DNA from: a virus
Taxonomy: Duplodnaviria > Caudoviricetes
Length of the DNA stretch: 64,000 nucleotides
Reading direction: 5' to 3' (one strand)
Virus record (IMG/VR): IMGVR_UViG_3300049988_000118
Span: 9,989 to 73,988 of that record
The position numbers were made by a program, and so were the translations under genes. Numbering within the stretch: the stretch's first letter is position 1; every line of letters starts with the position of its first letter. Positions 36,302-46,475 of the stretch are shown in pieces. Below the pieces are notes generated by a model. The model was given only the letters and a program-made list of their open reading frames with translations, did not search any database and was not told the origin of the DNA.

Positions 36302-36897
36302 GCGACTTCGACGATCTCCTCCGGGCTCACCTGAAGCTGCAGCACACCGTCGAGGAGCTGCGCCACCAGGCGGCCACCATGCTGCGCGTCGGCACCATCA
36401 AGGAGGTCGACGGCAAGAAGGGCTACCAGGTCGAATTCGGCAACGATGACGACGGAAAGCCCCTCCCGAGCGCGTGGTTTCCGCATCCCGAGCAGGGCGG
36501 CGCCTTCAAGACGTGGCGGCCCCTGACCAAGGGGCAGATCGTTCACGTGTTCGCCCCGGGCGGCGACCAGCGTCAGGCGCACATCATTCCGAAGGGCGGC
36601 TTCTCCGACGAGAACCCGCAGCCGTCCGAGAAGCTCGATGAGAACGTCGAGACCTACGGCAAGGTGCGCACGACTTGGAGCGCGGACGGCACGAAGAAAG
36701 AAGTCGGCGACAAGGTCTCGGTCACCACCACGACCGAGAGCAGCACCGTCAAGACCGAGAACGCCGGGCACGTCACCGGCAAGGACAACGTCGTCGCGTC
36801 CGCCGGAGCCAGCACCCACACCGTCGACCCAAAGCGGGTCGTCGCCGATGCGTCGCTGTTCCGGGCGACGCGCAAGGTCATCCTGGCGAGCGGCTGA
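36298..36897 (+). CDS. Baseplate spike gpV-like
   Basis: LRVGTIKEVD OB fold, WRPLTKGQIV.VFAPGGD, short C-terminal beta-helix. Confidence 0.8.
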   Translation: MSDFDDLLRAHLKLQHTVEELRHQAATMLRVGTIKEVDGKKGYQVEFGNDDDGKPLPSAWFPHPEQGGAFKTWRPLTKGQIVHVFAPGGDQRQAHIIPKGGFSDENPQPSEKLDENVETYGKVRTTWSADGTKKEVGDKVSVTTTTESSTVKTENAGHVTGKDNVVASAGASTHTVDPKRVVADASLFRATRKVILASG

Positions 36898-36900
36898 ACC

Positions 36901-37674
36901 ATGCCTATCGAGCTGCCCGCCGTCCTTAAGTTGCTCAACGGCAACCCGCTGATGAAGGTCAAGCAGGTCATCGGCGAGCACCTGCCCCTCACCAAGTCGC
37001 TCGACGGCGGAGCCGGCCTCGATGGGCTGGTGTCGAAGGTCATGTCTGGCGGTCTTGCATCCGTAATCCCGAACCCGATGGCGGCCATCACCGGCCAGCT
37101 TCAAGGCGTCCTCGGCAGCGCGGCGGGCCAGATCACCGGCTCGCTGGGCGAGGGCGGGGCCGGCTTGGTTTCGGCCCTCACCGGCGCGGGCGGTCTCGGC
37201 GGCGCCGTATCCGGCCTCGCCTCGGCCGGCAACGGCTTGCTCAGCGCCTCCGGCATCCTCTCCGTCGTCGGGCACGCCGGTGTCGCCGACATGGCTGGCG
37301 CCGCCCTGCCGGGTGGTCTCGGCATCGCCACCGTCCTCGGCCCGCTCAACGCCGATGCGGCGGTCGGCGGCATTACGCAGTGGGTGCCCTCAATGGTCGC
37401 TCAGGTCATCAACGGCACCCTGCCGGTGGACACCGCCATCGCTCAGGTCGAGGCGCATACCGCGACCCTGACCGGCATCACCAGCGCCAGCGCGACGGCG
37501 CTCGCGACCGTCGAGGCCATGGCGCCCAACCTCGCGGCGGTCTCCACCGTGGCGGCCGCCCTGGTCGCTGCGCCCGCCGAGATCCGCGCCGTCTTCGAAC
37601 GGGCCATCGCCCCCGAGGATCTTGCGACGATGCGCGCGTCCGTCGCCGGCCACTCCGCCGAACCCCAAGACTGA
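36901..37674 (+). CDS. Ala/Gly-rich hypothetical protein
   Basis: ORF track; operon context. Confidence 0.55.
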   Translation: MPIELPAVLKLLNGNPLMKVKQVIGEHLPLTKSLDGGAGLDGLVSKVMSGGLASVIPNPMAAITGQLQGVLGSAAGQITGSLGEGGAGLVSALTGAGGLGGAVSGLASAGNGLLSASGILSVVGHAGVADMAGAALPGGLGIATVLGPLNADAAVGGITQWVPSMVAQVINGTLPVDTAIAQVEAHTATLTGITSASATALATVEAMAPNLAAVSTVAAALVAAPAEIRAVFERAIAPEDLATMRASVAGHSAEPQD

Positions 37675-37688
37675 TCGGGAGACCCCCC

Positions 37689-37958
37689 ATGTCGAAGAAG
37701 ACCTACCGGGTTGGCGAAGGCGCCAACTTCGAAGCACTCCCCCGTGGCACCAAGGTCGGCGACGAGATCCGGCTGAGCCCGGCCGCCGCGATGTACGAGG
37801 TCGACATGGGCCGCATCATCGACGTCGAAGCCGAGGCAGCTGCCGCCAGCGAGCCCCACGCCGCCGAAACCGACGGCATCGAGAAGACGCCCGTCGAGGG
37901 CGATACCCTCGCCGTCCCCGAGGACGAGGCCATCGCGTCGAAGTCCCGGCGCCGCTGA
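37689..37958 (+). CDS. Small acidic hypothetical protein
   Basis: GGAG RBS before ATG 37689. Confidence 0.5.
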   Translation: MSKKTYRVGEGANFEALPRGTKVGDEIRLSPAAAMYEVDMGRIIDVEAEAAAASEPHAAETDGIEKTPVEGDTLAVPEDEAIASKSRRR

Positions 37959-37961
37959 TCC

Positions 37962-38372
37962 ATGACCTCGCACGGCCTCGACCGGTTCACCGGGCGCCAT
38001 CTGTCTGGTTGGGCGCACGTGCTGCAATCGGTCGACGTCATCTTCGAGACGGAGATCGGCAGCCGCATGATGCTCCGGCACTTCGGCGGCGGCCTGCGGC
38101 GCATGCTCGGCCGTCGGATCACGCCGGACGTCCTGGCCCTGGCCGCTTCGATCTTCGCGCTGTCGATCGCGATCTGGGAGCCGCGCCTGCGCGTCGTGCG
38201 CGTGGTGGTGGCGCCCTCGGTCGAAGAGGTCCGGCAGGGCACCGTCTCCTTCATCATGCAGGTCGCCTACCGGCCGAACGGCCACCGCGGCGATCCCACC
38301 GAGGAGGTCGCCTACATCGGCGTCGGGTTCGATGACGCCGGCGACCTCACCACCATGGCGGTGCCGGCATGA
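37962..38372 (+). CDS. Baseplate wedge gpW/gp25-like
   Basis: G.DRFTG..L.GW.HV.QS...I..T.IGSR.M.R.FG, WEPRLRV. Confidence 0.9.
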   Translation: MTSHGLDRFTGRHLSGWAHVLQSVDVIFETEIGSRMMLRHFGGGLRRMLGRRITPDVLALAASIFALSIAIWEPRLRVVRVVVAPSVEEVRQGTVSFIMQVAYRPNGHRGDPTEEVAYIGVGFDDAGDLTTMAVPA

Positions 38373-39235
38373 GCACGACCCTCACCGACCTGCAGAACCT
38401 GCCTGCGCCGAACCTCCTTCAGCCGGTCGATCACGCCGCTGCGCTCGCCGCCCGCCTTGACCGCCTCGTCGCGCTGCTGACCGAGGCCGGCATCCCGTTC
38501 GACGTCGAGAACCTGAAGACCGACCCCCTCGTCATCACCGAGGAGGCCGGCGCCTACCGTGACACGCTCCAGGCCCAGGCGATCAACGACGCGGCCCGCC
38601 AGCTGCTCGTCGCCTTCGCCCGCGGGACCAACCTCGACCACCGCGGCGCCGGTGTCTCCACCCCGCGCCTGCCGGCCGAGACCGACGACCACTACCGCGA
38701 GCGCATCGCCAACGCCCTGGAGCGCCCGTCCACTGCCGGATCCGCCGCGGGCTACCGCGAGCATGCCAAGGCCGCCGACCCGGACGTGTTCGATGTCGCC
38801 ATCGTGCGTCCCGGCCCGCCCCGGGTCAGGGTCTACGTGCTCGGGTACGCCGGCGCGCCTACATCCGCGACGCTGGCCGCCGTCACCGCCGCCGTGTCCG
38901 CCGAGGATGTGCGCCCGATGAACGACGTGGTTGAGGTCCTGGCGGCCGACGTCGTCGCGATCACGGTCACCGGCACCTACGACCTCTATCCCGGCGCCGA
39001 CGCGGGCAGCGTGAAGGCGGCGGGTGATGCCGGAATCGCCGCGTACTTCACCCGGCACTTCGCGCTCGGTCACGACATCACCCTCCCGGGCGTCATCGCC
39101 GCCGGCACCGTGGCCGGCGTGAAGAGCTTCCGGCCGCTCCTCGACGGTTCGGCCGACGACATCGTCCTCGATGGCACCCAGGCGCCGATCCTCGGCACGC
39201 TCGCCACCACCGTGAGCCCGATCCGCGATGTCTGA
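38369..39235 (+). CDS. Baseplate J-like protein
   Basis: DLQNLPAP.., FARGTNLDH, ETDDHYRERI, STAGSAAGY, VRPMND.V.V. Confidence 0.92.
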   Translation: MSTTLTDLQNLPAPNLLQPVDHAAALAARLDRLVALLTEAGIPFDVENLKTDPLVITEEAGAYRDTLQAQAINDAARQLLVAFARGTNLDHRGAGVSTPRLPAETDDHYRERIANALERPSTAGSAAGYREHAKAADPDVFDVAIVRPGPPRVRVYVLGYAGAPTSATLAAVTAAVSAEDVRPMNDVVEVLAADVVAITVTGTYDLYPGADAGSVKAAGDAGIAAYFTRHFALGHDITLPGVIAAGTVAGVKSFRPLLDGSADDIVLDGTQAPILGTLATTVSPIRDV

Positions 39236-40385
39236 GGCCGTCGCCCACCTTCTCCCGCCGGAGAGTTCGACGCCGCTCGAGCGCGCGCTGTCGGTCATCG
39301 ATGGCGAGCGCCTAGCGCTTTACCCCCCGGCCCGGCTTCTCGACGTCCTCGACCCAGCCACGTGCCCGGCGGCCTTCCTCCCAGCCCTGGCCTACGAGAG
39401 TTCGGTCGAGGAGGAATGGCATCTCGCGACGACCGAGGCGCAGCAGCGCGCGCTGATCGCCAACGCCTACGCCCTGAACACGAAGAAAGGCACGCCGTTC
39501 GCGATCAAGCGCGGGCTCGCCGTCATCGGTTATCCGGGTGTCACCCTGGTGGAGGGCTTCCCCGCCCTCGCGCACGACGCGGCGATCCTGAAGCGCAACG
39601 GCCGGGTCAGCTACAATTCGGACGGCCGCTGGGCGCTGTTCGATGTCCGTGTGCCCCTGACGGGCGACCAGGCCTTCGACGACCCCGAGCGCCTGCGCGT
39701 CCTGCGCGGCATCGAGATCTGGCAGCGCGCCGCCTGCTACCTGCGCGCCCTCAGCCTCACCACCATCCTCACCGTCATCCGCCCGGAGGCGGCCAGCGCC
39801 CTCCTGCGCGCGCATGTCGGGCTCCACCTCACCACCCGCCGCGACACGCCGCGCGACGGTCGCTTCCGGCGGGCCGGCCTGCGCCGCATTCGATACGACG
39901 GCGCGGTCGCGCATGATGGCGCGCCGATTCGCGACGGCGCCGCGCTGCCCCTGGCCGGCGACGTTCTGCGCTTTGGCGTCCAGCAGATTGATCCGCGCTT
40001 CGGCGTCCACCTTCAGGTGACGCAGGCGCGCCCGGCGTCGATCCGATTCGATGCCGCCATCCGCCGCGATGGCAGCCTCCCCCGGGGCTACACCGGCGCG
40101 CTGATGCGCCGGCATCGTCGATCCGACCTCGGCGGGTTCTCGGTGGTCGCCCTGCGGCCGACCCTGCGCGATGGCTCGGCCCTCTTCGGCGGCGCCCTCC
40201 AGCGCGGCACAGGCGTGCCGGCGGCGTCCACCGACCTGCGCATGCATCGCCTGCTGCGCCACGACGGCAAGCGGCTCCGCAGCGGCCAGACCTACGACGG
40301 GATCGCGGCGCGTGCCGGCGCCCTCCACCGCGACACGGCCCCCCGCTTCACGGCCACCGGCCGCATCACCGCGAGCGTCCCATGA
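39228..40385 (+). CDS. P2 gpI-like tail protein with C-terminal extension
   Basis: LLPPESSTPLERAL, CPAAFLPALA, KKGTPFAIKRGL. Confidence 0.85.
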   Translation: MSEAVAHLLPPESSTPLERALSVIDGERLALYPPARLLDVLDPATCPAAFLPALAYESSVEEEWHLATTEAQQRALIANAYALNTKKGTPFAIKRGLAVIGYPGVTLVEGFPALAHDAAILKRNGRVSYNSDGRWALFDVRVPLTGDQAFDDPERLRVLRGIEIWQRAACYLRALSLTTILTVIRPEAASALLRAHVGLHLTTRRDTPRDGRFRRAGLRRIRYDGAVAHDGAPIRDGAALPLAGDVLRFGVQQIDPRFGVHLQVTQARPASIRFDAAIRRDGSLPRGYTGALMRRHRRSDLGGFSVVALRPTLRDGSALFGGALQRGTGVPAASTDLRMHRLLRHDGKRLRSGQTYDGIAARAGALHRDTAPRFTATGRITASVP

Positions 40386-40732
40386 TCTACCGCGCCTATT
40401 ACGACGCCCTGCGCCGGCTCCTCGGGGACGGCAACCTCGCCAAGCAGGTGACGCACATCGGCTTCGGCTCGTCGGCCGCTTCGCCGAACGCCGAGGTCTC
40501 CACGCTCACCACCCCGGTGCTGACCCCGATCGCCGCCGTCGTTCACCACCCCACCGACACGCGCCGGACGGCCTTCCACTTCCTGCTGCCCCTCGACGAA
40601 GGCGTGGGCCTGACCATCCGCGAGATCGGACTTCTCACCGCCGACGGCACCCTCGTCTACCGCGAGGTCCGGGCGCCCATCACGAAGACCGCCGACATGG
40701 AGTTCGGCGACGTCCTCAACCTTCAGGTCTGA
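40382..40732 (+). CDS. Tail-fibre N-terminal/collar-like protein
   Basis: VTHIGFG..., TIREIGL.TADGTL. Confidence 0.65.
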   Translation: MIYRAYYDALRRLLGDGNLAKQVTHIGFGSSAASPNAEVSTLTTPVLTPIAAVVHHPTDTRRTAFHFLLPLDEGVGLTIREIGLLTADGTLVYREVRAPITKTADMEFGDVLNLQV

Positions 40733-40745
40733 CGAGGAACCCATC

Positions 40746-43700
40746 ATGGATTACCTGCCCCCCGTGTCCGATCCGGCGTTCCGCGATGTGTCGATCCTCG
40801 GCGTCGACGAGCCCGTGCTCGGCGGATTCGACGGCGTCGACAACCGGCCCCACCGTGAGCTCGCCGAACGCGACGACTTCCTGCTGGCCAAGGCCAAGGG
40901 CCAGGACGAGCTGATCAAGCTGCTCAAGGCGCAGGTCGACAGCCTGAACCTGAACTCGTCCTCGGCCGTCCGCACCGCCGTTCTGCTCAACTGGCTCTAC
41001 GGCGACGCCTCGCCGAGCTTCGAGTTGTGGGGGGCCGGCTTCTCCTGGCGGGACATCGCCCCCATCGCCATCACGGCCACGGTCGCCGGCGACGACACGG
41101 TCGACGTGGTCTCCACCGCCGGCCTGATCCAGGGCCGGACCTACTGCATCGTCAACCCGGCCGGCGTGCAGCTGGAGACCGTCAAGGTCTCCGTGATCCT
41201 CACCGCCACCCGCTTCCGGGCCGAACTCAACCTCGCGAACTCTCTCAATGCCCAGAGCGGCGCCGTCGTCGCCCGCACCGCCGCCCAGGTCCTCGACGGC
41301 TACGCCGTCTTCAGCCACGGCGACCACTTCTACAGCCGCGTCATCGATGAGCTGCGCGCGCAGACCAGCGGCCAGCTCGTGCTGCGCCGCTCGGCCGACG
41401 GCATCGGCACCTTCGCCGTCTCCTACCGCGCCGCCGGCTCGGAGGCCTGGGCGCTCGCGCCGCTGGCCAGCACCGCGTCCCGCGCCGCCAACACCCGCGA
41501 CGAGACCTTCACCATCGGCATCGGCGGCCGGATCGAGCTGCGCATCGTCTACACCGCCCCGGCCGGCAACCTCACCGCCACCGATCGCGTCGAGCACATG
41601 GCCCTCCTGCCACCGTCGCGCGCAGACGCGGCCTCGGCCGTGTCGCGCCCGTCGAACGTCTCCCCGGCGGATCAGGCGGCCAACGTCGGCCAGACCCCGA
41701 CCCTGACCGGCTCGGCCTTCCTGAGCCTCTACGGCCTCGCCCAGGCCGGTGCCGAGTTCCGAGTGTCGCGTAACCCGTCGATGTCGGACCTGGTGTTCAA
41801 CTCGTCGACGGATTTCCTCGCGGCGTGGCTCGCCGTGTCGGGCCAGTCGACGTCGTTCGCCGACCTCGTCGCCACCGGCCCAAAGGCTTTCACCGCCATC
41901 GCCAACGCCGTGTCGATCCGGACCACGGATGGCGGCCTGACCTGGGCCACGGGCACCGTCACGGGCGACCTGCGCCGGGTCCATGCCGACCCCGCCGCCA
42001 ACCTGCTCGCGGCCGTTGGCGCATCCGGCGCGATTCGCACCTCGGCCGACCTCGGCCTGAGCTACACCACCCGCACCCCGGCCAACTCCTACACCGGCAC
42101 CTTCGCGGGCGTGTTCGTGCGCGGCGCCTTCGTCACCGTGGTCGGCGACGCCGGTACGATCCAGCGCTCGATCAACGGCGGCGCCATCTTCAACGCCGTG
42201 ACCCAGGCGGCCGCCTACGCCGGCACATTCACGGATCTCGCCGGCGACGCCAACGGCAACCTCATCGCCGTGGGCTCGGCCGGCGAGATCCAGACGTCCA
42301 GCAACGACGGCCAGACGTGGACCCACCGCAACAGCCCGGGCGGCTACGCGGGGGCCTATCAGGCCGTCTCCATGGATGACCTCGGCAACGCCGTCGCGGT
42401 CGGCGCCAACGGCGCGGTCCACACCTCGGCCGACTATGGCGCGACCTGGACCGCCCGGGCGGCGGCCGGGGCCTTCGCCGGCACGTTCTACGGCGTTGCG
42501 ATCCGGGGCAAGCGCGTGGTCGTCGTCGGCACCGGCGGCGAGATCCAGACCTCGAACGACCTTGGCGCGACGTGGGTCAAGCGGGCGGCCGGCGGTGGCG
42601 CCACGGCGCAGATCAACGCGGTGGCGCTCGATGCCAACGCCTATGGCCTCGCCGTCGGTGCTGCTGGCCTCGTCCAGCGCACCAACCGCGTCGACAGCGC
42701 CACCACCACGTACACCGTTCCGGCCGGGACCGACTTCCTCCAGACCAACGCCGTCTACTGGTGGCAGGTCCGGTATCAGGACACGGCGGGGGCCTACTCG
42801 CCGTGGTCGGTGCCGACCGCCTTCGCCACCATGGCGGTGTTCAACTACGTCGCCGCCCCGTCCAATCTGTCGCCGGCCGCCGGGGACACCGGCGTGTCGC
42901 TCCTGCCGACCCTCCAGTCCTCGGCCTTCGCCTTCGTCGGCGCGGCCGACACGCACAGCCGGAGCCAGTGGCAGATCGCGAGCGCCGCGAGCTTCGCCTC
43001 GGTGTTCTACGACAGCGGCGAGGTCACCGATCTCACCGCGCACACCGTCGCGTCGAACGGCCTCCTGGCCTCGCAGGCGACCTACTTCTGGCGCGTCCGG
43101 CACAAGGGCACGAACAACGGCTACGGCGCCTGGTCGGAGCCGACGAGCTTCACGGCGCAGGCCCGGCCGAGCAAGCCCGCGATCACGGCGCCGACGGACG
43201 GCGCCACGGGCGTCGCTCTGGCACCGACGCTCACCAGCTCGGCGTTCTCCATGCCGGGCGGCGGCACCCATAGCCGTTCGCAGTGGCAGGTGTCCCAGCT
43301 GTCATCGTTCGCCTCCGTCTTCCACGACAGCGGCGACGTGACCAGCCTGACGGCCTACACCCTGCCGGCCGGCACCCTCGCGCTCAAGACGACGTACTAT
43401 GCCCGGGTCCGGCACAAGGAGACCGGCGGCACTTACAGCGCTTGGTCGAACGTGGTCGGGTTCACCACGATCCAGGCGGCACAGGTCGCGGACCTTTTCA
43501 ACGCCAACGTCCGCAACGGTACAGGCGGCGTCGCCAGCATCTACACTGGCGTCGATCTGACCTCGGCTGGCGGGCTCATCATCTCGGCGAACCGCATTCC
43601 GCCCTCGACCATCGCTAACGGCCCCAACTCGATCGTGGCTGTCGACACGGTGCGGGGCATCGCCCCGCTCGGGACCAACACGTCCATCCTCGACCTGACG

Positions 43701-44438
43701 TACACGAACCCCGAGCAGTCCAACGCAGACTTCCTCGGTAGCCTTACGGCTACGGGCTTTTCGGCCGGCTCCATCGCCAGCATGAACGGCAAGCCGTACC
43801 TCGATCTGACCTTCAAGCAGGCCCCCAAGTTCTTCAAGGTAGTGCAGGTCAACCACGTGGCAGGGACGGCCGATGCCGTCGATCTGTCGAGCCTCGGGAC
43901 CCCAGGGTTCATCCTGGCCCGCAGCCGAAACTTCGGCTTCGCGGAGCAGGTCGAGGCGACGTGGTACGCGTGGCACCGTGGTCTCGCCACTGGCGAGACG
44001 ATCCCCTTCGCCGACGGCGGCGTGAAGCAGAACAACAACCTGTTGCGCGTGAACGCCGGCACGCTCGTGCTGAGCGCCAGCCTCCCGACCGGGAACTACA
44101 TGGTCTACGGCTGGGCTCATGATCCGGACGACGCGACCGGCATCGTGAAGTGCCTGAGCTTCTCGACCAACGCGTCGGGCGCTGCCGCCGTCCCGACGGG
44201 GTGGGGCAACAATGCCCAGCTCGCCCTGATCAAGCGCGTCAACGGCGGGAATATCGAGCTGTTCGACACGGCTCGCTCTCCCGGCTTCACCGGGCAGGAC
44301 AAGTCGCTCCGGTTCTACCAGGGCGAGCCCGAGTTCAGCAGCGACCGTCTCAGCATCGGCGCCGACGGCATCCTGAACGTGCAGAACACCCAGCCGAGCA
44401 GCGATTTTATCGCGATGTTCGTCCGGGCGGCCTCCTGA
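40746..44438 (+). CDS. Large tail fibre/receptor-binding protein (3 FN3-like repeats, Asp-box beta-propeller)
   Basis: Fibre N-terminus EPVLGG.DG.DN.P.RELAER; repeated S.D.G.TW Asp-boxes; Y.WRVR...W FN3 motifs. Confidence 0.85.
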   Translation: MDYLPPVSDPAFRDVSILGVDEPVLGGFDGVDNRPHRELAERDDFLLAKAKGQDELIKLLKAQVDSLNLNSSSAVRTAVLLNWLYGDASPSFELWGAGFSWRDIAPIAITATVAGDDTVDVVSTAGLIQGRTYCIVNPAGVQLETVKVSVILTATRFRAELNLANSLNAQSGAVVARTAAQVLDGYAVFSHGDHFYSRVIDELRAQTSGQLVLRRSADGIGTFAVSYRAAGSEAWALAPLASTASRAANTRDETFTIGIGGRIELRIVYTAPAGNLTATDRVEHMALLPPSRADAASAVSRPSNVSPADQAANVGQTPTLTGSAFLSLYGLAQAGAEFRVSRNPSMSDLVFNSSTDFLAAWLAVSGQSTSFADLVATGPKAFTAIANAVSIRTTDGGLTWATGTVTGDLRRVHADPAANLLAAVGASGAIRTSADLGLSYTTRTPANSYTGTFAGVFVRGAFVTVVGDAGTIQRSINGGAIFNAVTQAAAYAGTFTDLAGDANGNLIAVGSAGEIQTSSNDGQTWTHRNSPGGYAGAYQAVSMDDLGNAVAVGANGAVHTSADYGATWTARAAAGAFAGTFYGVAIRGKRVVVVGTGGEIQTSNDLGATWVKRAAGGGATAQINAVALDANAYGLAVGAAGLVQRTNRVDSATTTYTVPAGTDFLQTNAVYWWQVRYQDTAGAYSPWSVPTAFATMAVFNYVAAPSNLSPAAGDTGVSLLPTLQSSAFAFVGAADTHSRSQWQIASAASFASVFYDSGEVTDLTAHTVASNGLLASQATYFWRVRHKGTNNGYGAWSEPTSFTAQARPSKPAITAPTDGATGVALAPTLTSSAFSMPGGGTHSRSQWQVSQLSSFASVFHDSGDVTSLTAYTLPAGTLALKTTYYARVRHKETGGTYSAWSNVVGFTTIQAAQVADLFNANVRNGTGGVASIYTGVDLTSAGGLIISANRIPPSTIANGPNSIVAVDTVRGIAPLGTNTSILDLTYTNPEQSNADFLGSLTATGFSAGSIASMNGKPYLDLTFKQAPKFFKVVQVNHVAGTADAVDLSSLGTPGFILARSRNFGFAEQVEATWYAWHRGLATGETIPFADGGVKQNNNLLRVNAGTLVLSASLPTGNYMVYGWAHDPDDATGIVKCLSFSTNASGAAAVPTGWGNNAQLALIKRVNGGNIELFDTARSPGFTGQDKSLRFYQGEPEFSSDRLSIGADGILNVQNTQPSSDFIAMFVRAAS

Positions 44439-44472
44439 CCCTCATGACGAGCAACAGAGAAGGACGGATCGC

Positions 44473-45078
44473 ATGAGCGACGGCATGTACTATCTGGCGA
44501 CGCTGGCCAACCCGGCGCCGCAGGCGCTCCCGCCGGTGTTCGCGGGGCGCTACGACCTGCGCGCCCTCGACGACAACGCGCTGGCGCGCATCGCCTGGGT
44601 CCGGGCGGCGCCCCCGACCGTCGACCCCGACTTCGAGCGGGTCGCGGTCGCGTTCGCCGAGGGTGAGGACGGCTGGCAGGCAACCTACAGCGTCGTGCCG
44701 GTCGACCTGCCCCAGGCGCTCGACAACGCCTTCCGGCTGCTCGCCACGCGCGCGTGGATGGCCGAGGTCGGCGGAATGACCTTCAACGGCGCCACCATCC
44801 CGACCGACCGCGAGGTGACGCAGCCCCGCGCGATCAGCGTCGGCATCGCCGCTCAGAACGATCCGGACCTCACCGTCACCAACTGGAAGCTCGCTCCGGG
44901 CGTGTTCCTCACCCTCGACAATGCTCGGCTGATCGAACTCGGCAAAGCCATGTCCGCCCACGTCCAGGCCCGGTTCGACCGCGAGGCCGCGATCACCAAG
45001 CTCCTGCAGGCCAAGAAGAAGACCGAGAGCATCAGCGCGACCCTCGCCGAAGAGCTCGACAAGGGCTGGCCGGCCTAA
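44473..45078 (+). CDS. Tail fibre assembly protein (DUF4376-like)
   Basis: Follows fibre; EVGGMTFNG..IPTDRE..WK...G.F.TL..HVQARFDRE. Confidence 0.7.
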   Translation: MSDGMYYLATLANPAPQALPPVFAGRYDLRALDDNALARIAWVRAAPPTVDPDFERVAVAFAEGEDGWQATYSVVPVDLPQALDNAFRLLATRAWMAEVGGMTFNGATIPTDREVTQPRAISVGIAAQNDPDLTVTNWKLAPGVFLTLDNARLIELGKAMSAHVQARFDREAAITKLLQAKKKTESISATLAEELDKGWPA

Positions 45079-45168
45079 GGCCGCCCGACACCACCACGCT
45101 CAACCCGCGATCCCTCTCGTCTCCCCTGCCGCTTCGCCGGTGGGGTCTCTCACCGTGGAGACAGCATC

Positions 45169-46428
45169 ATGACCTCCGGCGTCACCTTCGGCACCATCGA
45201 CCAGCGGTTCGCAGACGAGCCGCTGCCCACCGGCCCGGTGGACTTCTCCAAGATCGCCTTCGTCTCGACCTCGACGGGCGCGGACGCGGCCAAGTTCCCC
45301 CCGGGTGAGCCCGTGCGGTTCACCTCGTCCGACGTGTCCTTCACCTCGAAGCTCGGCACCGGCTACCTCGCCGACGCCGTGCGCGGCGTGAACGCCCAGA
45401 TCGCCCCCGGCGGGCAGGCGGCCGACATCACCGTGATCCGCGTCGAGGAAGGGGTCTCCGCGACCCCGGCGACGAAACTCGAGCAGACGATGGCCAACGT
45501 CATCGCCGGGCTCAGCACCCTCAAGCGCGTGCCGTCCCGCATCAACGCCACCCCGCGCCTCGTCGGCACCCCGGGCTATACCGCCCAGACGCTCGGCTCC
45601 GACGCCAACCCGGTGATCGCGGCCCTGCCGGAGACCTTGGCGGCCCTGCTCGCCATCGCGGTGGTCGACGTGGACGACACCAGCCGCGACGGCGCCATCG
45701 AGGCGCGCGAGGCCATCGGCTCCGACCGCATCATGCCGGTCGGCGTGGCCGCGCGCGTGTTCGACGTGGACGGCACCACGGTGCTGACCCGGCCCATGGC
45801 CTCGCGCATCCTCGGCCTCATCAACCGGGTCGATTTCCAGAACGGCGGCAAGCCGTTCGAGCCCTTCGCCAACCGCCAGATCTTCGGCCTGGTGAACACC
45901 AGCCGCGCCATCGAGTTCGACCTGCGCGACGGTTCGGTCGAGGGCCAGCAGCTGCTCGCCTCCGAGGTGTCGATCGTCGTGCGCGGTGAGACCGACGTCG
46001 ACGGCGCCATCGCCGACGGCGGGTTCGTCTTCATCGGCACCGACAACGGCGCTTCCGACGGCGACCTCTGGCAGCAGATCCACCAGGTGCGCGGCGCCGA
46101 CATCATCGACGTCGAGCACATGCGTCTGACCCGGCAGTTCCTGGGCCGTAAGATCTCGGCCGGCAACGCCGAGGCCTGGATCAACTCGCTCCGGTTCAAC
46201 CTGCGCGACCACAAGGCCGACACCGACATCCTCGGCTACAAGACCGAGTTCAAGCCGGACCAGAACAGCCCCGAGGAAGTGCGAGCCGGCCGCCTCACCA
46301 TCGACCTCGGCATCGAGACGGCGCCGGTCTTCCGCGTCGCGAAGCGCAACGTGCGCCGCTACCGCCAGGCCGTGAACGACCTCGTGGCCGACATCGCCGC
46401 CCGCATCAACGCGTCCTCCATCCTCTGA
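45169..46428 (+). CDS. Contractile tail sheath (P2 FI-like)
   Basis: PRLVGTPG, RILGL..RVD...G.PF..FAN, A.LLASEV. Confidence 0.9.
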   Translation: MTSGVTFGTIDQRFADEPLPTGPVDFSKIAFVSTSTGADAAKFPPGEPVRFTSSDVSFTSKLGTGYLADAVRGVNAQIAPGGQAADITVIRVEEGVSATPATKLEQTMANVIAGLSTLKRVPSRINATPRLVGTPGYTAQTLGSDANPVIAALPETLAALLAIAVVDVDDTSRDGAIEAREAIGSDRIMPVGVAARVFDVDGTTVLTRPMASRILGLINRVDFQNGGKPFEPFANRQIFGLVNTSRAIEFDLRDGSVEGQQLLASEVSIVVRGETDVDGAIADGGFVFIGTDNGASDGDLWQQIHQVRGADIIDVEHMRLTRQFLGRKISAGNAEAWINSLRFNLRDHKADTDILGYKTEFKPDQNSPEEVRAGRLTIDLGIETAPVFRVAKRNVRRYRQAVNDLVADIAARINASSIL

Positions 46429-46475
46429 TCGGCCGCCGCGCCGCCTCTCATCCCTCGCGCTGAAGGAACGCCGTC

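Noticed and set aside
40746-44438. Diversity-generating retroelement target
   Set aside because: No reverse transcriptase gene or TR/VR repeat pair seen in the window.
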